From the IMG/VR virus record IMGVR_UViG_3300031519_000060, positions 1 to 42,079 of that record: DNA of 42,079 nt; one strand, 5' to 3'. The position numbers were made by a program, and so were the translations under genes. The notes beneath the pieces were generated by a model that had not been told where the DNA came from, searched no databases, and was given only the letters and a program-made list of their open reading frames with translations. Position 1 is the first letter of the stretch; every line of letters begins with the position of its first letter. Positions 7,104 through 16,289 of this stretch are shown one piece after another. This DNA is from a virus. Its lineage: Duplodnaviria > Caudoviricetes.

Positions 7104-9564
7104 TGCAGTAATACCCGGTGAAGAAATAGTACAAGAAGCTGTTCAACAGGAATTAGTCGAAAAGGAACAGGCACCAGGGGACATTGAAACAACAGAATTA
7201 GAAGATGGATCAGTACAAATAGATTTTGATCCTGAAGCCGCTCAACCAGAAGGTGGTGATGAGCATTATGCTAACTTAGCAGAATTTTTACCAGAAGATG
7301 TTTTAGATGAAATGGGTGCAGACCTTTCTCAAAAATATCAAGATTATCAAATGGGTAGAAAAGAATGGGAACGTTCTTATACTCAAGGTTTAGATTTATT
7401 AGGTTTTAAATATGATATGAGAACCGAACCTTTCCAAGGAGCTTCAGGTGCAACTCACCCAGTTCTAGCAGAAGCGGTTACTCAGTTCCAAGCGTTAGCT
7501 TACAAAGAATTATTACCAGCTGATGGTCCAGTTAGAACAGCTGTAATTGGTGCACCTAGTGAAGAGAAAACTAAACAAGCACAACGTGTTAAAGATTTTA
7601 TGAACTACGAGCTCATGGAAAAAATGAAAGACTATGAGCCCGACTTTGATCAACTGCTATTTTATCTTCCATTAGCAGGGTCAGCTTTTAAGAAAACTTA
7701 TTATGATGAGTTAACTAAAAAAGCTACCTCAAAGTTCGTACCGGCAGATGATTTGATTGTACCCTACACGGCTACCTCATTAGACGATGCAGAGGCAATC
7801 ATCCATCGGGTAAAAATTTCTAAGAACGAATTAAGAAAACAACAAGTTGCGGGATTTTATTTAGATATTGATTTAGGTGATCCTAGACAAGTTGAAGATG
7901 ATGTTGAGAAAAAAGAGAGAGAATTAGAGGGTCAAAGAAAAACTCAAGACGATGATGTTTACACTCTTTTAGAATGTCATGTTAATTTAGATATTGAAGG
8001 TTTTGAAGATCAAGATCAAAATACAGGTGAACCTTCAGGAATTAAAATTCCATACATAGTAACAGTAGATGAATCTACAAGAAATATTTTATCTATTAGA
8101 CGTAACTATGAAATAGGTGATGCAGAGAAAACTAAGATTCCTTACTTTACTCATTTTAAGTTTCTTCCAGGACTAGGGTTTTATGGCTTTGGTCTAATCC
8201 ACATGATTGGCGGATTAAGCAGAACTGCAACTGCAGCACTCCGTCAATTATTAGATGCAGGAACTTTATCTAACTTACCAGCTGGATTTAAAATGCGTGG
8301 TATTAGAATTAGAGATGATGCACAATCAATTCAACCAGGTGAATTTAGAGACGTGGATGCACCAGGTGGGAATCTAAAAGATTCATTTATGATGTTACCA
8401 TTTAAAGAACCATCAGCTACATTATTAAACTTAATGGGTATAGTAGTTAATGCGGGTCAAAGATTTGCATCGATTGCTGATTTACAAGTTGGTGATGGTA
8501 ATCAACAAGCTGCAGTTGGAACTACAGTTGCTTTATTAGAACGTGGCAGTAGAACAATGTCAGCTATTCACAAAAGAATTTACTCTTCATTAAAACAAGA
8601 ATTTAAATTGTTAGGAAGAGTATTCAAGTTATATCTACCACCGGAATATCCGTATGACGTAGTTGGGGGTCAAAGAACAGTTAAACAAACAGACTTTGAT
8701 GATAGGGTAGATATACTGCCAGTTGCTGATCCCAACATCTTTTCTCAAACTCAGCGTATTTCCCTCGCACAAACAGAGTTGCAGCTGGCAACCTCTAATC
8801 CGCAAATGCATAATATGTATCAAGCGTATAGAAATATGTATGAAGCATTAGGTGTAAAAGATATTGACACATTATTAAATAAGCCTCAGCAACCACAGCC
8901 TATTGATCCAAGTTTAGAAAACATCATGGCATTAAGTGGTAAAAATTTTCAAGCTTTTCCAGGCCAAGATCATAGAGCACATATAACTTCACATTTAAAT
9001 TTTATGGCAACTAACATTGCAAGAAACAACCCTGTAGTTATGGCTGCTATGGAAAAAAATATTTTTGAACATATTAGTCTAATGTCTCAAGAACAAATTG
9101 AATTAGAGTTCCCACAAGAGTTACAACAGTTAGCTCAAATGGGTCAGATGGCTCAAAACAATCCACAAATTGCACAACAGGCTCAACAGTTAAGTCAAAA
9201 AATTGAATCAAGAAAAGCTGTCTTGATTGCTGAAATGATGGAAGAATTTTTAAAAGAAGAAAGAGAAGTTACCTCTGGTTTTGGTGATGATCCAATTGCT
9301 AAGTTAAGAGCAAGAGAATTAGACCTTAGAGCACAAGATAATGAGAGAAAAAGAAAAGAAGGTCAGGAAAGAATCAACCTTGATCGTATGAAAGCGATGA
9401 TGAATCAACGTGAACATAAAGATGACCTACAACAAAAAGAAGATTTAGCAAAAATGAGAGCTGATACTTCGATTGAAAAAACAATTCTTAGTAAATCAAT
9501 ACCAAATGTTGATAAAATGATGCCAAGTGTAGAGATTGAAAGGTATGAAGGAGAAAATAGATAA
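7057..9564 (+). CDS. Portal (head-tail connector) protein, P22-like with a long C-terminal helical extension
   Basis: 835 aa downstream of terL; PFQGASGATHPVLAEA, GFYGFGLIH, Q-rich coiled-coil C-terminus. Confidence 0.9.
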   Translation: MEDKIDKSLNQGPRGSAVIPGEEIVQEAVQQELVEKEQAPGDIETTELEDGSVQIDFDPEAAQPEGGDEHYANLAEFLPEDVLDEMGADLSQKYQDYQMGRKEWERSYTQGLDLLGFKYDMRTEPFQGASGATHPVLAEAVTQFQALAYKELLPADGPVRTAVIGAPSEEKTKQAQRVKDFMNYELMEKMKDYEPDFDQLLFYLPLAGSAFKKTYYDELTKKATSKFVPADDLIVPYTATSLDDAEAIIHRVKISKNELRKQQVAGFYLDIDLGDPRQVEDDVEKKERELEGQRKTQDDDVYTLLECHVNLDIEGFEDQDQNTGEPSGIKIPYIVTVDESTRNILSIRRNYEIGDAEKTKIPYFTHFKFLPGLGFYGFGLIHMIGGLSRTATAALRQLLDAGTLSNLPAGFKMRGIRIRDDAQSIQPGEFRDVDAPGGNLKDSFMMLPFKEPSATLLNLMGIVVNAGQRFASIADLQVGDGNQQAAVGTTVALLERGSRTMSAIHKRIYSSLKQEFKLLGRVFKLYLPPEYPYDVVGGQRTVKQTDFDDRVDILPVADPNIFSQTQRISLAQTELQLATSNPQMHNMYQAYRNMYEALGVKDIDTLLNKPQQPQPIDPSLENIMALSGKNFQAFPGQDHRAHITSHLNFMATNIARNNPVVMAAMEKNIFEHISLMSQEQIELEFPQELQQLAQMGQMAQNNPQIAQQAQQLSQKIESRKAVLIAEMMEEFLKEEREVTSGFGDDPIAKLRARELDLRAQDNERKRKEGQERINLDRMKAMMNQREHKDDLQQKEDLAKMRADTSIEKTILSKSIPNVDKMMPSVEIERYEGENR

Positions 9565-9565
9565 A

Positions 9566-9745
9566 ATGGCTAAACTAAATATTAAAAAAGCAATAAAAAA
9601 ACCAGGATCTTTAAGAAAATCCCTTGGAATTAAAAAAGGTAAAACAATTCCTGCATCAAAACTAAAAGCAGCAGCTAAAAAACCAGGAAAGCTTGGACAA
9701 AGAGCAAGATTTGCTATAACATTAAAGAAGTTGAAGAAAAAATAG
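9566..9745 (+). CDS. Lys-rich mini-protein (KKPGSLRKSLG...)
   Basis: Track ORF starts at 9536; likely start is 9566, after the portal stop. Confidence 0.7.
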   Translation: MAKLNIKKAIKKPGSLRKSLGIKKGKTIPASKLKAAAKKPGKLGQRARFAITLKKLKKK

Positions 9746-9753
9746 GAGAAACT

Positions 9754-9948
9754 ATGAACAAAAAAGATAAATTTTTTGTAGCATCTGAAGAAATAGGAAT
9801 TCCTTCTCAAAATATAGAGTTGGACCCTAGATCTGTAACTACAGCGGCGGGTATGCCAAGAAATTACATACCAACTGGAGACAAAACTGAGGTTAGAGGA
9901 ACTAAAAGAATGCTAAAAGACAAAAAGAAAACAGCAACTTGGTACTAA
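9754..9948 (+). CDS. Small hypothetical protein (64 aa)
   Basis: AGGAG RBS; operon packing. Confidence 0.7.
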   Translation: MNKKDKFFVASEEIGIPSQNIELDPRSVTTAAGMPRNYIPTGDKTEVRGTKRMLKDKKKTATWY

Positions 9949-9949
9949 C

Positions 9950-10336
9950 ATGTGGATTTCGGCACTCAAATTAGCCGTCTCTGCTGGTAGTAAAATTTAT
10001 GCTAACAAGCAGAAGGCAAAAGTCGCAATGTCTGATGCACAGCTATTGCACGCTGAACGACAAGCTCGTGGTGAGGAAGCTTACCAGGGAAAATTGCTAG
10101 AGGCACGTCAAAACGATTACAAGGATGAATTCGTTTTATTAATCCTCTCAGCGCCCATCATTGTGCTGGCCTGGGGAGTCTTTAGTGACAATCCAGTTGC
10201 TATGGAGAAGGTAAAAATCTTCTTCGAACATTTTGCGTCACTGCCTACGTGGTTTTCGACATTGTGGATCCTTGTCGTGGGTAGTATTTTTGGTATAAAG
10301 GGTACACAAATTTTTAAAAACGGAGGAAAAAAATGA
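9950..10336 (+). CDS. Holin-like membrane protein (GTA 3TM holin-like)
   Basis: N-terminal amphipathic segment, two hydrophobic helices, KDEFV..P and FGIKG motifs, basic C-terminus. Confidence 0.65.
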   Translation: MWISALKLAVSAGSKIYANKQKAKVAMSDAQLLHAERQARGEEAYQGKLLEARQNDYKDEFVLLILSAPIIVLAWGVFSDNPVAMEKVKIFFEHFASLPTWFSTLWILVVGSIFGIKGTQIFKNGGKK

Positions 10337-10656
10337 GACAAAACGGAATAAGACCAGCAAAGTTCAGATTTGAAAAAGGTGGACGTGTTGGAAAAATGGG
10401 TGGCGGAATGTCAACTAAAAGAAAAGATATGGAGTCTGGTTTTTACAAAGACGACATGGGTATGAAAGGCGGAGCTATGTATAAAAAAGGTGGTTCTGTT
10501 AAGAAAAAGAAACAAGGTTACAAAGATAGAAAAGACGAATCTATTGCTATGAGAATTAAAAAGAAAAGAAGCGCAAAACAATTAAAAGCTTCTGCTAATG
10601 AGTCTTATGGTAAGTTTGGTTCTAAAGCTAAAAAAAGCGGGAAGATAAATAGGTAG
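10333..10656 (+). CDS. Lys/Gly-rich basic protein with KGG repeats
   Basis: GGAGG RBS; ATGA overlap. Confidence 0.7.
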   Translation: MRQNGIRPAKFRFEKGGRVGKMGGGMSTKRKDMESGFYKDDMGMKGGAMYKKGGSVKKKKQGYKDRKDESIAMRIKKKRSAKQLKASANESYGKFGSKAKKSGKINR

Positions 10657-10660
10657 TATT

Positions 10661-11050
10661 ATGGCTAGAGTAACAATGGGTCAAACTAAAGAATATTCTT
10701 TACCTGATCAAGTTAAAGTTGACACCGATGAAAAAGAAAAAAAGTTTCTTGAAGAAAATAAAAAAACTAAAAAAGGAACTAGAAAAAAAACTAAAGGTGA
10801 AAAACTTAACGAGATGATAATAGAAGCTCAAAAAAAAATGCCTGGTCTAAAAAAAGGTGGAAGAGTTAAAAAGAACACTAAAAGAATGAACAGACTTGAA
10901 GAGCTTGGAAGAGTAGATGCAGAAAAAGCATATACTAAAAAAGGTAAAAGAAATCTTAAAGCTGAAAAAAAAAGAGTCGTTAGAGAATTAAGATCTAATG
11001 GTGGTTCTGCTGGTGCAGCGATAAGAGGAAAAGGTTGCGAGATTAGATAA
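10661..11050 (+). CDS. Lys-rich basic protein
   Basis: 129 aa; KKGGRV; C-terminal GAAIRGKG. Confidence 0.7.
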   Translation: MARVTMGQTKEYSLPDQVKVDTDEKEKKFLEENKKTKKGTRKKTKGEKLNEMIIEAQKKMPGLKKGGRVKKNTKRMNRLEELGRVDAEKAYTKKGKRNLKAEKKRVVRELRSNGGSAGAAIRGKGCEIR

Positions 11051-11295
11051 TGTCAAAACAAAAACTTCAGAAACTTATTCAGCAAATGTCTGGTAAGAAG
11101 AAGAAAAAAGTTAAAAAACCTGATGCAAGAACAGAGGCTCTTAAAGGTAGAAAATTTTTTTCTAAAGGTTCTGGAGAAAATGATATGGTTAGACAAGCTC
11201 AAAGAGATTATAATGGAAGTTACATTTCAGGAGATCTTGGTGGAGTAGAAGTTGGTAACCCTAGTTATAAAAAATATTACAAAGGATTAATATAA
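11050..11295 (+). CDS. Small basic protein
   Basis: TAATG coupling at both ends. Confidence 0.7.
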   Translation: MSKQKLQKLIQQMSGKKKKKVKKPDARTEALKGRKFFSKGSGENDMVRQAQRDYNGSYISGDLGGVEVGNPSYKKYYKGLI

Positions 11296-11492
11296 TGGCT
11301 AAACTCTGTGCAAAAGGCAAAGCAGCCGCTAAAAGAAAATTTAAAGTTTACCCTTCTGCATATGCTAACATGTATGCGTCCGGTGTTTGCTCTGGTAAAA
11401 TTACTCCAGGTGGTAAAAAAGGTAAAAGAAAAAAAGCCGCTAACGGAGGTCTAATCGTTGATGAAGATTTAACGATGATGGTTGATGTCTAA
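11295..11492 (+). CDS. Small basic protein (KRKFKVYPSAYAN motif)
   Basis: TAATG coupling; motif recalled from marine phage proteins. Confidence 0.75.
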   Translation: MAKLCAKGKAAAKRKFKVYPSAYANMYASGVCSGKITPGGKKGKRKKAANGGLIVDEDLTMMVDV

Positions 11493-11767
11493 TGGCCGAG
11501 AAGGGATTAAGACAATGGGTGAAAGACAAATGGGTAGACATTGGAGCTCCGAAGAAAAACGGGAAGTATCAACCTTGCGGGAGAAGCAAAGGCTCGAAAA
11601 GGAAATATCCGAAATGCGTCCCACTTGCAAAAGCCACACGGATGTCAAGCTCGCAAAAGGCGAGTGCTGTCAAACGAAAAAGAGCAGCCGGTAATCCAGG
11701 CGGTAAACCAACAAACGTTTCAACATTTACTAAAAGAAAAAAAGTCAGCATGGGAGGTTTAATATGA
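11492..11767 (+). CDS. Small basic protein (GLRQW..KWVDI..CGR..YPKCVP; DUF5872-like, tentative)
   Basis: TAATG coupling; motif recognition. Confidence 0.75.
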   Translation: MAEKGLRQWVKDKWVDIGAPKKNGKYQPCGRSKGSKRKYPKCVPLAKATRMSSSQKASAVKRKRAAGNPGGKPTNVSTFTKRKKVSMGGLI

Positions 11768-11877
11768 TGAAAAACAAAACAAAAAAAATAAAAAAAGTAA
11801 TTAAAGGTTTAAAAAAAGCTTCTAAATTACACGCAAGTCAAGCTAAGGTTTTAAAAAAAGTTATTAAGAAAAGATAG
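11764..11877 (+). CDS. 37-aa Lys-rich mini-protein (KKVIKGLKKASKLHASQAKVL)
   Basis: Translated by hand; GGAGG RBS; ATGA overlap. Confidence 0.65.
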   Translation: MMKNKTKKIKKVIKGLKKASKLHASQAKVLKKVIKKR

Positions 11878-11878
11878 T

Positions 11879-12160
11879 ATGAGAAAACAAGATAACATGC
11901 CTGCTAGAAATAAAAAAAATTTTAGATCGACAAAATCTGGTGCAGGTATGACAGCTAAAGGTGTAGCTGCTTATAGAAGAAAAAATCCTGGATCAAAATT
12001 AAAAACAGCTGTAACAGGTAAAGTAAAACCTGGTTCTAAAGATGCAAATAGACGTAAATCATATTGTGCTAGAAGTGCTGGACAAATGAAAAAATTTCCT
12101 AAAGCAGCTAAAGATCCTAATTCAAGATTAAGACAAGCTAGAAAAAGATGGAAATGTTAG
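11879..12160 (+). CDS. Small basic protein (RRKSYCARS..RWKC; DUF6321-like, tentative)
   Basis: Motif recognition; operon packing. Confidence 0.75.
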   Translation: MRKQDNMPARNKKNFRSTKSGAGMTAKGVAAYRRKNPGSKLKTAVTGKVKPGSKDANRRKSYCARSAGQMKKFPKAAKDPNSRLRQARKRWKC

Positions 12161-12282
12161 ATAGATTTATATATAGATTTTTTGGAGCATTAGACATTTT
12201 TTGTGAAGGACTTGCAAAAGCACTACAATCAAAACCTAAGAAAGGAAAAAAGAAAAATGGACGAACTAGCAATAATAACTAA
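12154..12282 (+). CDS. 42-aa mini-protein (MLDRFIYRFFGALD...)
   Basis: Translated by hand; fills the gap and overlaps both neighbours. Confidence 0.5.
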   Translation: MLDRFIYRFFGALDIFCEGLAKALQSKPKKGKKKNGRTSNNN

Positions 12283-12487
12283 AATACAAAGAGAGTTAAA
12301 AGAATCATATCAACAAATTGGAGATGCCATGATTGCTGGTAGTGTTGACAATATGGAAAAATATAAGTATATGATGGGACAGGCACATGCCTATTATAAA
12401 ATATCACAGGATATCTCTAACCTGCTAAATAAGAAGGAGCAAAATGAAAAAGGAAGCGTTATCAAATTCGGAGCCACCAAAGATTAA
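12257..12487 (+). CDS. Helical hypothetical protein upstream of groES
   Basis: Track ORF starts at 12203; likely start is 12257 (AAGGA RBS). Confidence 0.7.
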   Translation: MDELAIITKIQRELKESYQQIGDAMIAGSVDNMEKYKYMMGQAHAYYKISQDISNLLNKKEQNEKGSVIKFGATKD

Positions 12488-12908
12488 ATATGCTTTGGCT
12501 GACAAATACGAAAAAGAAAAAAAAGAAGTAGAAGATAAAGAACAAAAAACTTACGATAGATTAAAATCAAAAGAGTCAGATAGATTACCTCAACCCACTG
12601 GTTGGAGAATGTTACTTCTCCCTTTTAAGATGAAAGAAAAAACTAAAGGTGGATTAATTTTAGGACAAGATACTTTAGAGAAACAACAAGTTGCATCTCA
12701 ATGCGGTTTGGTTCTAGCAATGGGACCACATTGTTATGACAAAGAAAAATTCCCTGAAGGACCTTGGTGTAAAAAAGGTGATTGGGTTGTCTTTGCAAGA
12801 TATGCAGGGAGCCGTATACAAATTGACGGGGGTGAAGTTAGATTGCTAAACGATGATGAAGTATTAGCTACAATCGATAACCCTGAAGATATACTTCATC
12901 AATATTAA
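12444..12908 (+). CDS. groES: Co-chaperonin GroES (Cpn10) with N-terminal extension
   Basis: PTGWRML..EKTKGGLIL..GLVLAMGP..KGDWV.FARYAG..LLNDDEVLA. Confidence 0.92.
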   Translation: MKKEALSNSEPPKIKYALADKYEKEKKEVEDKEQKTYDRLKSKESDRLPQPTGWRMLLLPFKMKEKTKGGLILGQDTLEKQQVASQCGLVLAMGPHCYDKEKFPEGPWCKKGDWVVFARYAGSRIQIDGGEVRLLNDDEVLATIDNPEDILHQY

Positions 12909-12925
12909 CAAACATAGGAGGAACT

Positions 12926-13906
12926 ATGCCAGACACTGAAGAAGTGAAAAAAACAGTAGATATCGATACCTCTGGTCCAGCAATGGACGTTGATGTCCCT
13001 GAAGAAAAAGATGTTGCAGAGATTGAGCAGCCGGAAATAAAAGAAGAAAATCCCGCTGTAAGACCTGTTCCAGCAGAGGATAAGACCTATGAGAATGAAA
13101 GAGAAGTCAAACTAGATGACAAGAAAGAGAATAAAGAAGAATTAGAACAGTACAGTGATAGTGTACAAAAAAGGATAGCTAAATTAACTAAAAAGTGGAG
13201 AGAAGCTGAAAGACAAAAAGATGAGGCTTTATCTTATGCTGAAAGAACTATCAAAGAGAAAAAAGTAACAGAAGAAAAATTAAAAAAAATAGAACCTAAT
13301 TTTCTTTCTGTGTCTGAAGAGAGTATTACTTCAGGTGTTGAAGCCGCAAAAGCAAAACTTGCAGCAGCTAGAGAAGCAAATGATCTAAGTGCTGAAGCAG
13401 ATGCAATGGCTTCTATCTCTGAGTTAGGAGTTAAAAAAGCTAGGCTAGAAGAAGCCAAACTCGCTAGAGAGACTCTAGAAAAACAACCAAAACCCGAAGT
13501 TAATTTAAGAAGACAACAACCGGCTCAAAATAACCCTGATCCTAAAGCTGAAGCATGGAGTGAAAAAAATTCATGGTTTGGTCAAGATACAGCTATGACT
13601 TATACAGCCTTTGATCTTCATAAAAAGTTAACTGAACAAGAAGGTTTTGACCCATCGAGTGACGAGTATTATTCTGAAATAGATAAAAGAATAAGACTTG
13701 AATTTCCGCACAAATTTGGTAATACTAATAGTTCTGGAGAAGATATACGACCTGCTCCGGTACAAACAGTAGCTTCGGCGAAGCGAAGTACCAAATCTGG
13801 TCGCAAAACTGTGAGGCTCACACCATCACAGGTTACAATCGCCAAAAAATTAGGTGTGCCACTCGAAGAGTATGCGAAACAATTAAATATCACGAAGGAG
13901 GGATAA
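12926..13906 (+). CDS. Capsid scaffolding protein
   Basis: Acidic coiled-coil; C-terminal VRLTPSQVTIAKKLGVPLEEYAK capsid-binding-type helix; lies upstream of the capsid genes. Confidence 0.75.
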   Translation: MPDTEEVKKTVDIDTSGPAMDVDVPEEKDVAEIEQPEIKEENPAVRPVPAEDKTYENEREVKLDDKKENKEELEQYSDSVQKRIAKLTKKWREAERQKDEALSYAERTIKEKKVTEEKLKKIEPNFLSVSEESITSGVEAAKAKLAAAREANDLSAEADAMASISELGVKKARLEEAKLARETLEKQPKPEVNLRRQQPAQNNPDPKAEAWSEKNSWFGQDTAMTYTAFDLHKKLTEQEGFDPSSDEYYSEIDKRIRLEFPHKFGNTNSSGEDIRPAPVQTVASAKRSTKSGRKTVRLTPSQVTIAKKLGVPLEEYAKQLNITKEG

Positions 13907-13910
13907 GCAT

Positions 13911-14375
13911 ATGGATAATACAATAGACAAGAAGACCTCACGTGCGAGTCAAACTAGAGAAAAAACAGCTCAAAAAAAAGTTTGGTCTCCACCATCACCT
14001 TTAGATTCACCACCTGCTCCATCAGGTTTTTTACATAGATGGATTAGAGCTGAGTCAATGGGATTTCAAGACACGAAAAATATATCTGCCTCGTTAAGAG
14101 AAGGATACGAATTAGTTCGTGGCGATGAATACCCAGATACTCAATTCCCAATTATTGAAGATGGGAAATACTCAGGAGTGATCGGAGTTGGCGGCCTACT
14201 GCTCGCTAGGATACCTGAAGAGATTATGAAGCAGAGACAGCAATATTATGCAAAACAGCATAATGATAAAGTTGAAGCTATGGACAATGATCTTATGAAG
14301 GAAGAGCATCCAAGTATGCCTATCGATATTGATAGACAGACTCGTGTAACTTTTGGTGGCTCAAAGAAATCTTAA
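13911..14375 (+). CDS. Head-module protein of unknown function
   Basis: LDSPPAP.G..HRWIR..REGYELV..GGLLLARIP; between scaffold and capsid genes. Confidence 0.75.
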   Translation: MDNTIDKKTSRASQTREKTAQKKVWSPPSPLDSPPAPSGFLHRWIRAESMGFQDTKNISASLREGYELVRGDEYPDTQFPIIEDGKYSGVIGVGGLLLARIPEEIMKQRQQYYAKQHNDKVEAMDNDLMKEEHPSMPIDIDRQTRVTFGGSKKS

Positions 14376-14408
14376 AAAATTTCTAAACCATTAAAGTTCA
14401 TTTAACCC

Positions 14409-14435
14409 GTACTGGAGGCCCGCAAGGGCAGGTAC
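14409..14435 (+). promoter_or_regulatory. GNRA-capped stem-loop in the capsid-gene leader
   Basis: GTAC..GCCC-GCAA-GGGC..GTAC with a GGAG bulge, 18 nt before the ATG at 14454. Confidence 0.55.
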
Positions 14436-14453
14436 ATTTATAAGGAGGCCTCT

Positions 14454-15026
14454 ATGGCAAATAAAAACGAACCTTTCGGTCTAAGAGCGATCGGAAAAGT
14501 TGGTCAAAATAGAGACAACCAAGGTTTAAGTGAATATAGTATCGCTGCGAATAACACGACTACTATTTACTTTCAAGACGCTGTAAAACCACTGGCATCT
14601 GGAACTATCCAGCATGCAGCAGCAGGTGACAGATTACTTGGAACACTTAATGGTGTTTTCTACACTGATCCGACTACAAGTAAACCAACGTTTGCAAATC
14701 ACTATTCACAAGTTAACGCTTCTGATATAGCTGCTTTTGTAAGCGATGATCCATATGAAAGATTCGAGATCCAAACTGATATATCAACTGCTTCATTGCA
14801 AACTGATGTATTCATGAATGCGGATATCGTTGTTTCAGCTGGTGTTGCAGCAAACTTTGTATCTAACTCAATGTTAGATGATAGTACGTTGTCAACAACA
14901 AGTGGTCAGTTAAAAATCATGGGACCATCAACTAACATCGACAATAGCGATATAAGCTCTGGTCATGTTAATTGGGTAGTGATGATTAACGAACACATAT
15001 ACAACTCTGCTACGGCAGGAATATAA
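14454..15026 (+). CDS. Capsid decoration/cement protein (putative)
   Basis: MAN..PFGLR start, beta-rich 190 aa, immediately before the MCP; AAGGAGG RBS. Confidence 0.65.
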   Translation: MANKNEPFGLRAIGKVGQNRDNQGLSEYSIAANNTTTIYFQDAVKPLASGTIQHAAAGDRLLGTLNGVFYTDPTTSKPTFANHYSQVNASDIAAFVSDDPYERFEIQTDISTASLQTDVFMNADIVVSAGVAANFVSNSMLDDSTLSTTSGQLKIMGPSTNIDNSDISSGHVNWVVMINEHIYNSATAGI

Positions 15027-15048
15027 TAGTTAGAATAGGAGATAAAAA

Positions 15049-15960
15049 ATGGCTATATCACGAGGACAACTAGTTAAAGAACTAGAACCAGGCCTGAATG
15101 CACTATTCGGACTGGAATATAAACGTTATGAGAATCAGCATGCTGAGATCTATGTAACAGAAACTTCAGACAGAGCGTTTGAAGAAGAAGTTATGTTATC
15201 TGGTTTTGCTAATGCTGCAGTTAAACCTGAAGGTTCTGGCGTAACTTTTGACAATGCTCAAGAGACTTACACAGCTAGATACACTATGGAAACTGTTGCG
15301 CTAGCGTTCGCAATCACTGAAGAAGCGATTGAGGACAACCTGTATGATAGACTTGCGTCTAGATATACAAAAGCGTTAGCTAGATCTATGGCGAACACTA
15401 AACAAATCAAATCAGTAAATCCATTGATCAATGGTTTCTCTGGAGGTAGTTTTACTTCTGGTGATGGTAGTAACTTATTTGTTACAAACCACCCAACGAT
15501 CGCTGGAGTTGTGTCAAACACTTTGGCTACACAGGCTGACCTTAACGAAACTTCATTGGAGCAGTCTTTAATTGACATCGCTGCAATGACTGACGAAAGA
15601 GGTCTTAAAATTGCTGCTAGAGGAATGAAAATGATCGTTCCTTCTGAGCTTCAATTCCAAGCTGAAAGACTTATGAAGTCTCAAGGTAGAACACAAACTG
15701 CTGATAACGATATCAATGCAATTGTTTCTATGGGAATGGTTCCTCAAGGTTACAGAGTGAACAATTTCTTAACTGATCCTAATGCGTACTTCTTCATTAC
15801 TGATGTTCCTAACGGAATGAAGTATTTTGAAAGAACACCTATTAGAACAGCAATGGAAGGTGATTTTGATACTGGAAACGTAAGATACAAAGCTAGAGAA
15901 AGATACAGATTCGGTGTATCTGACTATAGAGGTATCTTCGGATCTTCAGGAGCAAGTTAA
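15049..15960 (+). CDS. Major capsid protein (HK97 fold)
   Basis: MAISRGQLVKELEPGLNALFG; FAITEEAIEDNLY; DFDTGNVRYKARERY; strongly biased codons; terminator downstream. Confidence 0.92.
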   Translation: MAISRGQLVKELEPGLNALFGLEYKRYENQHAEIYVTETSDRAFEEEVMLSGFANAAVKPEGSGVTFDNAQETYTARYTMETVALAFAITEEAIEDNLYDRLASRYTKALARSMANTKQIKSVNPLINGFSGGSFTSGDGSNLFVTNHPTIAGVVSNTLATQADLNETSLEQSLIDIAAMTDERGLKIAARGMKMIVPSELQFQAERLMKSQGRTQTADNDINAIVSMGMVPQGYRVNNFLTDPNAYFFITDVPNGMKYFERTPIRTAMEGDFDTGNVRYKARERYRFGVSDYRGIFGSSGAS

Positions 15961-15970
15961 TCGTAATTTT

Positions 15971-15997
15971 TTGTGGCGGGACATAGTCTCGCCACAA
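15971..15997 (+). terminator. Intrinsic terminator-like hairpin after the MCP
   Basis: TTGTGGCGGGAC-ATA-GTCTCGCCACAA. Confidence 0.7.
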
Positions 15998-16001
15998 TTA
16001 C

Positions 16002-16289
16002 ATGAAAGAAACAATAATGGTAGAATTTCTAGTAAATATCTGGGCGTATGATCATCACGCTAAATTTAATGTTATGACTAATGATAACCCAGCCTCACTA
16101 GAACAAGCTATACTTGACAAGTTGGGAGAAAAAAGTATAGTTTGGGAATATCTTGGAATATCTTATGATAACAAGATTAACAGAATAACTTATGAGGAAG
16201 TTATCGATGGAAAAAATGATGCAACACTTACAGGACCTTTACCAACAAAAGAGGGGTCTAGATTTACAGTGGGAGCAAGAGCATCTTAA
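16002..16289 (+). CDS. Hypothetical protein
   Basis: 95-aa ORF; overlaps the next gene. Confidence 0.55.
   Translation: MKETIMVEFLVNIWAYDHHAKFNVMTNDNPASLEQAILDKLGEKSIVWEYLGISYDNKINRITYEEVIDGKNDATLTGPLPTKEGSRFTVGARAS
16114..16141 (+). promoter_or_regulatory. Internal sigma70 promoter
   Basis: TTGACA-16nt-TATAGT. Confidence 0.5.

Noticed and set aside
15940-16010. Programmed frameshift or readthrough extending the major capsid protein
   Set aside because: No slippery heptamer at the 3' end; a TAA stop is followed by a terminator hairpin.
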